DNA from: Candidatus Aenigmatarchaeota archaeon
GTDB lineage: Archaea; Aenigmatarchaeota; Aenigmatarchaeia; QMZS01
NCBI GenBank assembly: GCA_030600555.1
Contig: JAUVLW010000001.1
Span: 6,411 to 70,410, forward strand
DNA length: 64,000 nt
Direction: 5' to 3'
In this document: positions 49,288-59,154 of the stretch, one piece after another
Numbering within the stretch: the stretch's first letter is position 1
How the letters are laid out: every line of letters begins with the position of its first letter
Position numbers and translations under genes: made by a program
The notes under the pieces: model-generated
Databases searched by the model: none
What the model was told of the DNA's origin: nothing
The model's input: only the letters and a program-made list of their open reading frames with translations

Positions 49288-50049
49288 ATGAAAGAGAAAG
49301 TAAAGATAGGGTTTAAAGATATGGGTTTTTGGTATGGCAGTAAACAGATTTTGTCTGAGGTTAATCTAAAGTTTTATTCAAAAAAGATTACCGCGTTGAT
49401 TGGTCCTTCGGGATGCGGAAAATCCACATTGATTCGGTGCATCAACAGGATGAATGATTTAGTTCCAACTGCGAAAATTGACGGCAGGATAATCTACAAT
49501 AATGAAGATATTTACGGAAAAAATGCGGATGTTATTGAACTAAGGAAAAAAATCGGGATGGTGTTTCAAAAGCCAAATCCTTTTCCCATGTCTATATTTG
49601 AGAATGTTGCGTATGGTTTGAGAATACAAAATATGAAGGATAAAAATGAGATTGCCCGGATTGTTAAAAAAAGTTTGGAGAAAGCGGATTTGTGGAATGA
49701 AGTCAAAGACTGTTTAAGTCGTTCAGCTTTTGGACTTTCCGGGGGTCAGCAACAAAGATTGTGCATTGCAAGGACTTTGGCAAATGACCCCGAGGTTGTT
49801 TTGCTTGATGAACCCTGCTCATCTTTGGATCCAATTGCCACAGCAAAAATAGAAGTTTTATTAAAAAAAATAAAACGCGAAAAAACCATTATTATTGTTA
49901 CGCACAATATGCAGCAGGCAAAAAGAATCTCGGATTATTCCTGCTATTTGCTGAATGGAAAAATTATTGAATATTCAAAAACAGAAAATATGTTTACTCA
50001 CCCGAAAAACAAATTAACAAAAGATTATCTTGATGGGCGGTTTGGTTGA
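49288..50049 (+). CDS. pstB: phosphate ABC transporter ATP-binding protein PstB
   Basis: Walker A GPSGCGKST, ABC signature LSGGQQQRL, and Walker B LLDEP. Confidence 0.9.
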   Translation: MKEKVKIGFKDMGFWYGSKQILSEVNLKFYSKKITALIGPSGCGKSTLIRCINRMNDLVPTAKIDGRIIYNNEDIYGKNADVIELRKKIGMVFQKPNPFPMSIFENVAYGLRIQNMKDKNEIARIVKKSLEKADLWNEVKDCLSRSAFGLSGGQQQRLCIARTLANDPEVVLLDEPCSSLDPIATAKIEVLLKKIKREKTIIIVTHNMQQAKRISDYSCYLLNGKIIEYSKTENMFTHPKNKLTKDYLDGRFG

Positions 50050-50672
50050 GTTTATTTTCTAAATATTCTGAGGCTCTGCTTCAATCGGGTATTATAAATT
50101 TATTTTTAGTGGTAAAGATTATGTCTGAATTAATTGTATTTTGCAATCCCCGGCAGGTTTATGCGGGGAAATTAGAACTGGATATTGCCAGAGAGTACAC
50201 TAAAATGGCTATTGATGACTATGATAAACTAATCTCTTTTGATGAAAAATACCTGCCTTTTGTTGAAACTCCTGATTATGAATTTTGCATTGGGAAAAAA
50301 GGCAGTAGAAATTTATTATTAAATTTGTTTGCGCAACAACCAATGACAAGGGTTGGGGATGTTTATGAGAATTTTAAATCATCAAGTTATCTTTTCAATC
50401 CGGAATCAAAAGAAGAATTGTGTTTGCCTGATTTGGATGTTGTTCAAATAGAAGGAGATTATCAGGTTCGGGATGCCGCAAAAACCATTAAACAATTTTA
50501 TGAAAGTTTTGGGTGGGAGGCTTACATTTTTGATGGTCAAATTGAGGAGAGGATTGTGGTAAATCCAATTTCTGATAGATATGATGGGCCTATTGAAATA
50601 ATACCCCCGGGAATTCTTCGAGAGATTGCGGAAGAAACTGTTGGATATGATGTTGAGGGGTTGTGTTTTTAA
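50046..50672 (+). CDS. hypothetical protein translationally coupled to pstB (not PhoU-like)
   Basis: ATGA overlap with the pstB stop. 208 aa with no recognisable family. Confidence 0.4.
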   Translation: MSLFSKYSEALLQSGIINLFLVVKIMSELIVFCNPRQVYAGKLELDIAREYTKMAIDDYDKLISFDEKYLPFVETPDYEFCIGKKGSRNLLLNLFAQQPMTRVGDVYENFKSSSYLFNPESKEELCLPDLDVVQIEGDYQVRDAAKTIKQFYESFGWEAYIFDGQIEERIVVNPISDRYDGPIEIIPPGILREIAEETVGYDVEGLCF

Positions 50673-50706
50673 TAACAAATGATGTTCGAAAGATATTGGA
50701 TGAAAA

Positions 50707-51540
50707 TTAGGAATTCGTAATATTTCCACTCGTCCAATTTTTTGGTTCTCTATTCTCTTGAGCAGTTAAACTAATAAAAAGTAATTTTTTAGTATTATCA
50801 AAAACGTGCTTTAGATTCTCATCTTCCAATTCTTTTTGTGGGACAAAGGCTTTCATAAATTCAAATATTTTAAGGAAAACTTCTAGTAGAATATTGTTAC
50901 TGAAACAAATAGTCCACATAAACTCCCGATAATTATATTCATTATAAGCTTTTGTCCATACAAATGTTTTTCCTTCAATATCAATCACATCTTCTTTATG
51001 GAAGTAAGGATGTACAAATTGACAAAGATATTTATAGTCATTGTAATCCTTTTTAATATGTTTAACTAAGTTGAATAGGGAATATCTTGCCAATTTCTTT
51101 TTATTACCATTACTACGTGCTTTGAGATAATCTTTTAATTTTTCAGGTTCACCTAAAAAATACTCGAGTTGTACCCCCCTCTCAAAATTAGACCTCAGTA
51201 AAGAATTTGCTTCTATATAACTACCTTGGATAATTAGGTCTTGTATAACTTTAGAAGTCTTTAACAGTCTATTGAAAAGAGACTGAATAAATAATACCAG
51301 ATTAGAATCCAGTTTTTTTGTCATATTTGGAATGTCGGCAACACAAACTAAAAACACCCAATTAATTAAATCTCTATTTTCCGTGGTAATCTCAAGTAAT
51401 TTGTAGTAATCTTTAAATGTGCTCTTTTTTACATCATACCCACAATTTTCATAGATAATATCCCAAGTCCTATTATTTAATTTCTTTTTCAATAAAAAAG
51501 GATTCTTTTTATTAAATTCGAGATTAAATCTCTTTGGCAT
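50707..51540 (-). CDS. hypothetical protein (cassette gene C)
   Basis: 277 aa ORF. Confidence 0.4.
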   Translation of the reverse strand: MPKRFNLEFNKKNPFLLKKKLNNRTWDIIYENCGYDVKKSTFKDYYKLLEITTENRDLINWVFLVCVADIPNMTKKLDSNLVLFIQSLFNRLLKTSKVIQDLIIQGSYIEANSLLRSNFERGVQLEYFLGEPEKLKDYLKARSNGNKKKLARYSLFNLVKHIKKDYNDYKYLCQFVHPYFHKEDVIDIEGKTFVWTKAYNEYNYREFMWTICFSNNILLEVFLKIFEFMKAFVPQKELEDENLKHVFDNTKKLLFISLTAQENREPKNWTSGNITNS

Positions 51541-51634
51541 GATAAATCTCTATTTGTTTTAATATAAATAAATCATACTACAATTTTAAATGTTGCAAAG
51601 GAGTTTCGGTTTTTAGATGTAGTATAAAAATCTC

Positions 51635-52615
51635 TTAAAAAACAGTATATTTATGTTCTTTGTAATTTAAATAACTCTTGATAATAGAAAGGATAAGAAG
51701 AATATAAGCCATGGTCGAATCTGTTTTGATGGTCCATCTTTCTTTTAATTTTGCATCAACTCCGTGTGCTTTTCCCATAGAACGAATATTTCCAAGTGCC
51801 GATGAAATATTATTTAATTTGGTTGGGAATTCTTCATATTTATTTAATTCATTTGAAATTTGGACTATTCCTGAGCATTTTTTTAGGTTTATATTATTTG
51901 CTAAATCAATTCTAAGGAAATCTTCTAAAGCTCTTCCTGCATCATTAATTGCTTCTTCATTTTTCTTATTTAATTTGGTTATTGCCGTTGCTAAATCATC
52001 CAAGACATCTTCAGAAATCTTACTGAATAATTCTCCAAACTCTTCTCTTAAAAATTTATTTGCGAGTAATTTATTATCTATAGATTTCTCAAGTGCATAT
52101 ACTGTTTCGTTCTTTGAAATTTTTTGTTTTATGTCTATTTTGAGATAAGTAATCCATTCATTAAAAATCTTAATAATTATTTTTTCGTTCTGATCTAAAT
52201 TATATATAGATTTTAGTATCTTTGCACTTTTGTCAGGATTTTGGCCAACAGAAATAAAATAAGAATATTCTATAAATTTTTTATCTTTAATCAAAAAACT
52301 TTTAATTATCTGTTCTGCACCACTGATTTGACCACTCAACTTTTGCATTAATTCTTTTTTTAAAATAAATCCTTCATTTTTGGATATAATAATTTCTTTT
52401 TCTTTTAAGAAATCCAAAGATTTGGTGATATAAGAATCTGTTTTGTTAACAAATAATCTAATTTCTTTTTCGTTACAAACCTTTTTTCTCTTTGTGCATT
52501 CATAGACATAAATTATAATTTCTGCTGTTAATTTAATTGGAGGATTTAGAATTTTTGTCATTTTATTCATCTTTTTTTGATAATTTTTTTTTGATAAGGC
52601 TGAGAGTTGCATCAA
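51635..52615 (-). CDS. hypothetical protein with N-terminal wHTH-like region and C-terminal candidate HEPN (Rx5H) motif (cassette gene B)
   Basis: ..ALGNIRSMGKAHGVD.. lies ~49 aa from the C-terminus (around 51782). The N-terminal ~70 aa resemble a winged helix. Confidence 0.35.
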   Translation of the reverse strand: MMQLSALSKKNYQKKMNKMTKILNPPIKLTAEIIIYVYECTKRKKVCNEKEIRLFVNKTDSYITKSLDFLKEKEIIISKNEGFILKKELMQKLSGQISGAEQIIKSFLIKDKKFIEYSYFISVGQNPDKSAKILKSIYNLDQNEKIIIKIFNEWITYLKIDIKQKISKNETVYALEKSIDNKLLANKFLREEFGELFSKISEDVLDDLATAITKLNKKNEEAINDAGRALEDFLRIDLANNINLKKCSGIVQISNELNKYEEFPTKLNNISSALGNIRSMGKAHGVDAKLKERWTIKTDSTMAYILLILSIIKSYLNYKEHKYTVF

Positions 52616-53267
52616 CTAAGGTTAAATGGTCTTTTTCCATAATTTCAATTGTTTGGTTGATATTTGGTCCTCTAATATGAATAAAATAATTCTCTGATGT
52701 TGTTTTTAGGTCTATTTTTGGAAGGGTTTGATCGGACTCTAAGTTTTTTTCTAGATTATTAATAAGTTTAGATTGTTCTTCTTTTGAACATTCTTTGGGT
52801 TCGTGGTTGAATGTGTTATCTTGATTAAGTATACCTATCATTTTTGCACCTTCGATAAAGAATTTCCCAACTCTAGACGCATATCTTTCATCTACCTCAA
52901 ATTCTTTGATTAAAACTTTATCTAGTATTTTAATAGGTAATTCTGAATTTTTATATTTATCAAATATCTCTTGAAACAAAGGTGCTTTGAAAAATGCTTT
53001 TTTCAATTGTATTTTTTTTTCTTGATCATTATATGCCAATTTATAATCTTTATATAATGGAGATATTGATAAAGTTCCTTTCTTGACATTAATTAAACCG
53101 AATTTTTTAGTAGCGGTAATCCTATCTACAAAACCTCCACTAAGTTTTTTCCCTAATTGTGAAGCACAGGTTTCTTTATTGCAATCTCCACCTAATTTAT
53201 CCACAACGACCGCTAGATCCATAGCAGACCTGAATGATGTTTTTGGATAGTTAACAATTCTTGGCAT
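52563..53267 (-). CDS. hypothetical protein (cassette gene A)
   Basis: 234 aa. The N-terminal ~70 aa may be helix-turn-helix-like. Confidence 0.4.
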   Translation of the reverse strand: MPRIVNYPKTSFRSAMDLAVVVDKLGGDCNKETCASQLGKKLSGGFVDRITATKKFGLINVKKGTLSISPLYKDYKLAYNDQEKKIQLKKAFFKAPLFQEIFDKYKNSELPIKILDKVLIKEFEVDERYASRVGKFFIEGAKMIGILNQDNTFNHEPKECSKEEQSKLINNLEKNLESDQTLPKIDLKTTSENYFIHIRGPNINQTIEIMEKDHLTLVDATLSLIKKKLSKKDE

Positions 53268-53685
53268 TCATATCACCTTATAATTTATTATACTAAAAAA
53301 CTTTATATACTTACTATATTTAGTTATGTATTTTAGTTCTTGAAGTCATAATAGGATTTTTTTCTATATATATTCTGTTTTGTAGATATTTATTATTTTA
53401 TCTCAAATCTAAAATTATGCGGACACAGACGTTTTCTTAAAATGTAAAAAATTGGTTAATAGGGATAAGAACCTTTTGTACTTTGAGTAATGAAAAAATA
53501 TGGACAAAAACGCACAAAATAGGCTGAAGTTACTTAGATTAACGGGATAATTAAGTTCAAAGAAGTATTTTCCTAATTAGACAATCCATTTTATCACAGA
53601 TCACATCATGATTACTTTGTATAAGATTATCTTATTTTAAATTCTAATCACAATCCCCAAATAAATCAAACCCTCTTGATTAATT

Positions 53686-54198
53686 ATGAACCAAGAACTG
53701 GAAATAAGAAGCTTCATCTCAAAGGAACAATATGAAAAACTCTTAAACTTTTTCAGAAAAAATACCAAACTGATTAAAGAGGATTATCAGGAAACATTTT
53801 ATTTTGATTCCAAAGAGGATTTGAGAATACAGAAAAACAATTTTTATTCAAAAATCTGGATGAAGAAAGGCAACTTCCATGATGAATGCAGGGATGAATT
53901 TGAAATAAAATTCAGCAGGGATGAATTTGAAAATCTTGAAAACCTGTTTGTTGGTTTGGGATATAATGTGGAAATAAAATGGTTCAGAAAAAGATATGAA
54001 TTTGAGTGGAATAAAACCAAAGTGTGTCTGGATTTCACAAAAGGATACGGTTATATAATTGAACTGGAGAAAATGTGTTCCACCGAAGAAAAACACACAA
54101 TGAAAATTCTTGAGGAATTAAAACAAAACCTAAAATCCCTCAACATCAACCCAAAAGAAGAATTCAAGAAGAAATTCGAGTATTATAAAGAAAATTGA
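53686..54198 (+). CDS. CYTH-domain protein (CyaB/thiamine-triphosphatase-like)
   Basis: N-terminal ELEIRSF (an ExExK/R-type motif), a ~170 aa size, and an acidic/basic alternating pattern. Confidence 0.55.
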   Translation: MNQELEIRSFISKEQYEKLLNFFRKNTKLIKEDYQETFYFDSKEDLRIQKNNFYSKIWMKKGNFHDECRDEFEIKFSRDEFENLENLFVGLGYNVEIKWFRKRYEFEWNKTKVCLDFTKGYGYIIELEKMCSTEEKHTMKILEELKQNLKSLNINPKEEFKKKFEYYKEN

Positions 54199-54372
54199 CC
54201 GAATAACCCAAAATTTATTTTCAATAGATACTGCAATTAAAGAGACAGAAAATAATTCAGGGAATTTACCTCCATAGAAACTTGTTTTCACTCCAAAAAC
54301 TTCTTTAAATTGCGGGTTAAATCCAATTCGTGAAAATAATCAGGTTATTAAAGGAGGAATTAATATAATCTT

Positions 54373-54720
54373 ATGAAAAATAGTTTAATTGTTGGAATTG
54401 TCGTTTTTGTTTCATTAATTGCTTTAGGAGTTTATTTTTATCCTCAACAAGAAGAATATTGTTATCTTAGAGAGAAAGAAGGATTGTCTATTCCTGAAGA
54501 TATGAATCAGGGATTATCTCTTTCTGAAGCTAAAGAAATAGCAGTCAATAGTGAATGCGGGGATAGACTTAAAGACACTTATATGTGCAATGAAGATACA
54601 GGGAGTTGGTGGATTGATTTGAATATTGAAAGAGAAGGATGTAACCCTGCATGTGTTGTTTATGTAGTATCAAAAGAAGCGGAAATAAACTGGAGATGCA
54701 CGGGTTTAATTGAACCCTGA
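54373..54720 (+). CDS. small secreted Cys-containing protein
   Basis: 115 aa with a signal/anchor helix and 6 Cys. Confidence 0.4.
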   Translation: MKNSLIVGIVVFVSLIALGVYFYPQQEEYCYLREKEGLSIPEDMNQGLSLSEAKEIAVNSECGDRLKDTYMCNEDTGSWWIDLNIEREGCNPACVVYVVSKEAEINWRCTGLIEP

Positions 54721-54925
54721 TTTTTTATAATGAGTTCGGCATAATTGCGTTTATAGGGCTATTCTTCCCAGATAAGGCAATCTATTTCATAATAGTTCCC
54801 GCAATCTTAATTGCCCTGTATACGGTAATCTACTCTTATCTTGAATTTCAAAACCAACTTAAAAAATAAACTATTTCAATTCTATTTGTCAAATTTAAAA
54901 CAAAGTTTTACTTACAAAATTAGAA

Positions 54926-55138
54926 TTATTCGGAAGTGTCCTTTTCTACATTTACTGCTTTTGGACCTTTATCTCCCTGTTCTATCTCGAACACAACTTT
55001 GTCTCCATCATTTATTTTTGTTCCTTCTTTAAGACCTGTGCTGTGCACAAAGTACTCTTTTCCATCTTCTCCAGCAATGAATCCAAAGCCTTTGAAGTCG
55101 TTGAAGAATTTTACTTCTCCTTTTATTTGATCTGTCAT
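54926..55138 (-). CDS. csp: cold-shock protein (CspA family)
   Basis: ..[30 protein letters not shown].. carries the RNP1/RNP2 motifs. 70 aa. Confidence 0.85.
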   Translation of the reverse strand: MTDQIKGEVKFFNDFKGFGFIAGEDGKEYFVHSTGLKEGTKINDGDKVVFEIEQGDKGPKAVNVEKDTSE

Positions 55139-55243
55139 ATATAATTTACCTGAAAACCTTTAAGTATCATAAAATCCTTTAATTAAGCGGTTATTTTGCA
55201 AAAAGACGCATAATCCTTGAGAATAAATAAAAATAGGTAAATT

Positions 55244-56179
55244 ATGGAACTTATAGTAATAGGGCATAAAAACCCGGATACAGATTCAATTATCTCTCCA
55301 ATGATAGTATCCCATTACAGCGATTCCCTGTTTGGACGTCACGCAGTCGCAAAGAGGGCAGGAGAAGTGAATAATGAAACAAAATTTATCTTGAATTACT
55401 TAACAGACTCAACAATCAAGTTGCCTGATTTACTGGAAGAAATTAAGGAGGAAAAGGAGGTTGTTTTGGTTGACACCACAGAACAAACACAGCTTATTGA
55501 GGGGATAAATGAAAATAATCTTTTTGCGATTATAGACCACCACAATTTAGGTGGATTGAAATCTTCAAAACCAGTTTACGCAAGAATTGAGCCTCTCGGA
55601 TGCACATGCACAATATTGTATAAAATCCTGAAAGAGAAACATCTGGAAATAACCCAGGAAGTTGCTTGTTTAATGGCATCAGCAATTATCTCAGACACAT
55701 TATTTTTGAATTCCCCAACCACAACAGACGAAGACAGAACAATTCTTGAGGAATTAAATAAAATCGCGGAGCTGGATTTGGAATATTATTCAATGAAAAT
55801 GTTCAAAGCAAAATCCAGTCTTGAAGGAATAGAAACAAGTGAAATAATTGAAAAAGATTACAAGTTTTTTGAAATGGGGAGCTCAAAGGTTGGAATCGGA
55901 GTGTGGGAAACTGTGGCTCCGGAAACTGTTAATGAAAAGAAAGCGGAAATTCTCGAAGCATTAAAAATCAAAAAACAAAAAGATGGTTTGGATTATTTGT
56001 TTTTCGGTGTCGTGGATATTATCAAAGAAAATACTTATTTGTATCTGGTGGGAGATGAAGAAACTAATCTTGCAAAGGAAATATTTAAGGGCAGTCTGGA
56101 AGATAATGTGATGTTTGCGGAACATATAGTCTCAAGAAAAAAACAGATTGTGCCGCAATTAAAAGAAAAACTTGAATAA
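55244..56179 (+). CDS. ppaC: DHH-family phosphoesterase, likely Mn-dependent inorganic pyrophosphatase (family II)
   Basis: IVIGHKNPDTDSI, IIDHHNLGG, and the ~310 aa DHH+DHHA2 size. Confidence 0.7.
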   Translation: MELIVIGHKNPDTDSIISPMIVSHYSDSLFGRHAVAKRAGEVNNETKFILNYLTDSTIKLPDLLEEIKEEKEVVLVDTTEQTQLIEGINENNLFAIIDHHNLGGLKSSKPVYARIEPLGCTCTILYKILKEKHLEITQEVACLMASAIISDTLFLNSPTTTDEDRTILEELNKIAELDLEYYSMKMFKAKSSLEGIETSEIIEKDYKFFEMGSSKVGIGVWETVAPETVNEKKAEILEALKIKKQKDGLDYLFFGVVDIIKENTYLYLVGDEETNLAKEIFKGSLEDNVMFAEHIVSRKKQIVPQLKEKLE

Positions 56180-56282
56180 TGAAAATATTTGAAGAAGTCA
56201 TGAAATTAGACAAAAAACCAAAAGAGAAAGTTACTTCAGCGCTTTTAAAAATGAACGGGATTAGGGTAATTAGCGAAGAAGA

Positions 56283-56391
56283 TTATTAATCAATGTGAGA
56301 GTTAGAATAATAAATCAGGGATTTTATTAATCAATGTGAGAATCAAGATAAATAAAGGAAATTATTGACCCGAGAAAATTAATGTGAGTGA
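56283..56391. repeat. direct repeats TTATTAATCAATGTGAGA (x2, 41 bp apart) plus degenerate third copy TTAATGTGAGTGA
   Basis: Located at 56283-56300, 56324-56341 and ~56377-56391, between ppaC and the MazG-like gene. Confidence 0.5.
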
Positions 56392-56556
56392 TAAATAAAA
56401 TAACCCAAAAATGCTATTAACCTCGAATAATTACAATAATTCCAAAGAAATATTTGTTGTTATTGAGCAATGGGAATAATTGGAAAATATAATTAACAGG
56501 AGTTCCATCCACAAATATAATCTTTAAATAAAATACCTTTTAAATCCAAATAAATT

Positions 56557-56889
56557 ATGGAAATTCATCAGGCTCAACAGAAGATTAAGGAATTGCTCGG
56601 AGAAATAGAACACCCGAGACTGGCTTCATTTGTTGCTTTAACAGAAGAAGTTGGGGAAGTTGCAAATGAAGTTATGAAAAAAGAAATCTACGAGGAAACC
56701 GATGATATAAAAGAGTTGAAGGCAGAAATTGCGGATGTATTAATCTGCGTCTTAGAGCTTGCAAATGTGTATAATTTCGACCTGGATTCTGAATTTGAGA
56801 AGAAACTGGAGCACATTAAACCCAGAACAAAAAAATGGAAAGTAGATTTAAAAGACCTGCTGGAGAAGAAGAGAAATAAATTGAATTAA
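56557..56889 (+). CDS. MazG-like nucleotide pyrophosphohydrolase
   Basis: ..LTEEVGEVANEV...EIADVLICVLELA.. is the all-alpha NTP-PPase EExxE/D motif pattern. 110 aa. Confidence 0.65.
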   Translation: MEIHQAQQKIKELLGEIEHPRLASFVALTEEVGEVANEVMKKEIYEETDDIKELKAEIADVLICVLELANVYNFDLDSEFEKKLEHIKPRTKKWKVDLKDLLEKKRNKLN

Positions 56890-57789
56890 TTAAGGCAAAT
56901 CCCTTAAATTAACAACTGGTTTATCAAAAGGATTATCCAGAATTCTTGGGCATGCGGTATTCACATAAACATCAAAATCAAGCCCCATCAGTTTCTCATT
57001 TGTAATCATATCAAATATTAAAATCTTTGTTTTTTTGCCCTGTTCCCTCAGCCGGTCTTCAAATTGTTCGCAATCCTGGTAAAACTGCCCTGGTTTGGTT
57101 GACACAAGAATACCAACTTTTTTTGCGTCCTCAAATTTTGAAATTCTTGCTGCTTTTTTCATCTCTTCTTTCATAAGTTCCCTGCTTAAATCCTCAAGTT
57201 TATTTCTCTCAAGGTTCAAAAAATAAGTTTTTCCTTTCAACGCAAGAGGATGGAATTTCCCGGACCCAATGAACAGATTTAATTCCCCCGCAGGTTCAAA
57301 TTCCGAGCACCCAAGTATGATTTTCTTATCAACAACTTCTTTTCCAATATCCTCTAAATAATCTCCAAGATACTCAAGAAGTCTTCTGAAAGGTTCTGAG
57401 GAATAAATACCTATTTTTTTCTCTTCAATTTTTTCAATCTCTTTTTTCAGTTCTTCTGAAATCTCTGCTTTAATCTCAACAGGAACATAAATCACTGGAA
57501 TCTTTGTTTTAACCCCAAAATCGTAATGACCAAAATGAATAATTATGTCACATCCCAAAACTTCCGCTTCTTTAAGAGGCAAGTCGCAGGCTCCGTAACA
57601 AGGTTCAGCCGCTATAAAAACATCAACACAGCATTCTTTCTCAATTTTGGCTGAAATGCGGGAAACCTCTGTTTTTAGACCTTCAGGCACTTGAATCAGG
57701 ATTTTTTTATGGTCCTTACTTTTAATCTCTTTAATTGCTTCTGAAATATCCGCTAACATAATATTACTTGAAAATAATTGATAGTTCAA
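56890..57789 (-). CDS. dph2: diphthamide biosynthesis enzyme Dph2 (2-(3-amino-3-carboxypropyl)histidine synthase)
   Basis: Three conserved Cys segments (..CCVDVFIAAEPCYGACD.., ..ILGCSEF.., ..VNTACPR..) as in archaeal Dph2. Confidence 0.8.
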   Translation of the reverse strand: MNYQLFSSNIMLADISEAIKEIKSKDHKKILIQVPEGLKTEVSRISAKIEKECCVDVFIAAEPCYGACDLPLKEAEVLGCDIIIHFGHYDFGVKTKIPVIYVPVEIKAEISEELKKEIEKIEEKKIGIYSSEPFRRLLEYLGDYLEDIGKEVVDKKIILGCSEFEPAGELNLFIGSGKFHPLALKGKTYFLNLERNKLEDLSRELMKEEMKKAARISKFEDAKKVGILVSTKPGQFYQDCEQFEDRLREQGKKTKILIFDMITNEKLMGLDFDVYVNTACPRILDNPFDKPVVNLRDLP

Positions 57790-57824
57790 TATAAGGTAAT
57801 CTATTGGTTCTATTTGATAAAAAA

Positions 57825-58436
57825 TTAATTCAAGTTTAATTTCTTCTCAAAAACTCCGCCTCTCGGCTCAGTCTCCGAGAATATCTGCGCCTGAAATTTA
57901 TACAAACTCACGGGCTTCATAATCCATGCATCTTCATCAAGACTGGCTTTAAGACACAGTTCGCACAGATAAGTTTTTAAATCCCATTCCTGCTTAACAG
58001 GAACTTGGGGAAGGAAAATCCCCGAGTTGTATTTGTATTTAATAAACAGCCCATCTTCCCCAATTTTAATTTCATTCAGGTAATCCCTTGGATGGTAAAC
58101 AAGAATTTTCTGCATGTCGCTCAACACAGTTATTTCAATTACGATTTTATCCAGTTCTTCTACAGTTAAAGGCATAAATCTTGGGTCCTGGGTTGCGGAA
58201 CAACTTGTTTCTATAACCCCGTTAATCAGGCTTTTGTCAGATTCAATTAGTCCAATACAACCCTTTAAATCTCCTCCAGGATGTTTAAGAATTGTGCAGA
58301 AGACCCCTTTTTTTTCAAGCAGTTCAGGAAAATCGGGTTTTGGGGGTGTCATTGGGAGAAGACTTTCAAGATAATGCGCAATTGAATTTCTTGCAAGCTC
58401 CACAAGATACTCTCCTTCTTTTATATTGAGGTGCAT
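57825..58436 (-). CDS. AMMECR1-domain protein
   Basis: ..DLKGCIGLIE.. with a CxG motif. 203 aa. Confidence 0.8.
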   Translation of the reverse strand: MHLNIKEGEYLVELARNSIAHYLESLLPMTPPKPDFPELLEKKGVFCTILKHPGGDLKGCIGLIESDKSLINGVIETSCSATQDPRFMPLTVEELDKIVIEITVLSDMQKILVYHPRDYLNEIKIGEDGLFIKYKYNSGIFLPQVPVKQEWDLKTYLCELCLKASLDEDAWIMKPVSLYKFQAQIFSETEPRGGVFEKKLNLN

Positions 58437-58488
58437 AATATAATATTCTTTGAAAGCAATAATCTAAATATATATTGTTTTTGTTATT

Positions 58489-59079
58489 ATGGGTAAATGG
58501 TACAGAGGTTTTAAGGAAAGGTTGCTAGATGTTTGTGAACCGGGAAGAACATGGAAGGAATATAACTGGGACGAAGGTATTCAGGAACTGCACAATTTAG
58601 CACCAAAAAGCCGGAGGAGTATTTTTGGCATAAAAACAGATGAATTTTTAGATGAACTCTTGACTGGTAAAACACGAGAAGTTTTAAAGGACAATTATAA
58701 TAATTATTATTCCAGAAGCAAGAAATTTCCTTTTTTGCCATCATCCGCAAACATTTTAGGGGCATCATATGTGCCTTCAAACATTTTTTTATTTGATAAT
58801 AAAGAATTGCCCGAACCTCATAGGGAAGAATTAAAAGAACTGAGAAAAGATATTCCCCCTTCATATTTTTTGATAAAAAAAGGAGATTCCTATATTTTAG
58901 ATGGATTTGAATCCTGCGGTGTTGGCACAGATTTTGCTATTTTTGAATATTTAGGTTTTGATAGAAATAATATTTGGTATAAGGATCCAGAGACAAATAA
59001 GGTCTTAGTTGTAAAAAATGACAATCTTTTTAGAGACAAATTGGTGTATAATACAGTATCAGAGTTTTATGATATTTAG
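58489..59079 (+). CDS. hypothetical protein
   Basis: 196 aa ORF. Confidence 0.4.
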   Translation: MGKWYRGFKERLLDVCEPGRTWKEYNWDEGIQELHNLAPKSRRSIFGIKTDEFLDELLTGKTREVLKDNYNNYYSRSKKFPFLPSSANILGASYVPSNIFLFDNKELPEPHREELKELRKDIPPSYFLIKKGDSYILDGFESCGVGTDFAIFEYLGFDRNNIWYKDPETNKVLVVKNDNLFRDKLVYNTVSEFYDI

Positions 59080-59154
59080 TTTTTTTCTTATTTTTTAATT
59101 TATCCTTTCTAATTTGTCTGAATTTCTTCTTATCTTTTTAATTTCTGATAAATT

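Noticed and set aside
56283-56391. Possible CRISPR array.
   Set aside because: Only 2-3 copies of a 15-18 nt repeat with unequal, short spacers and no cas genes. It is more consistent with regulatory direct repeats.
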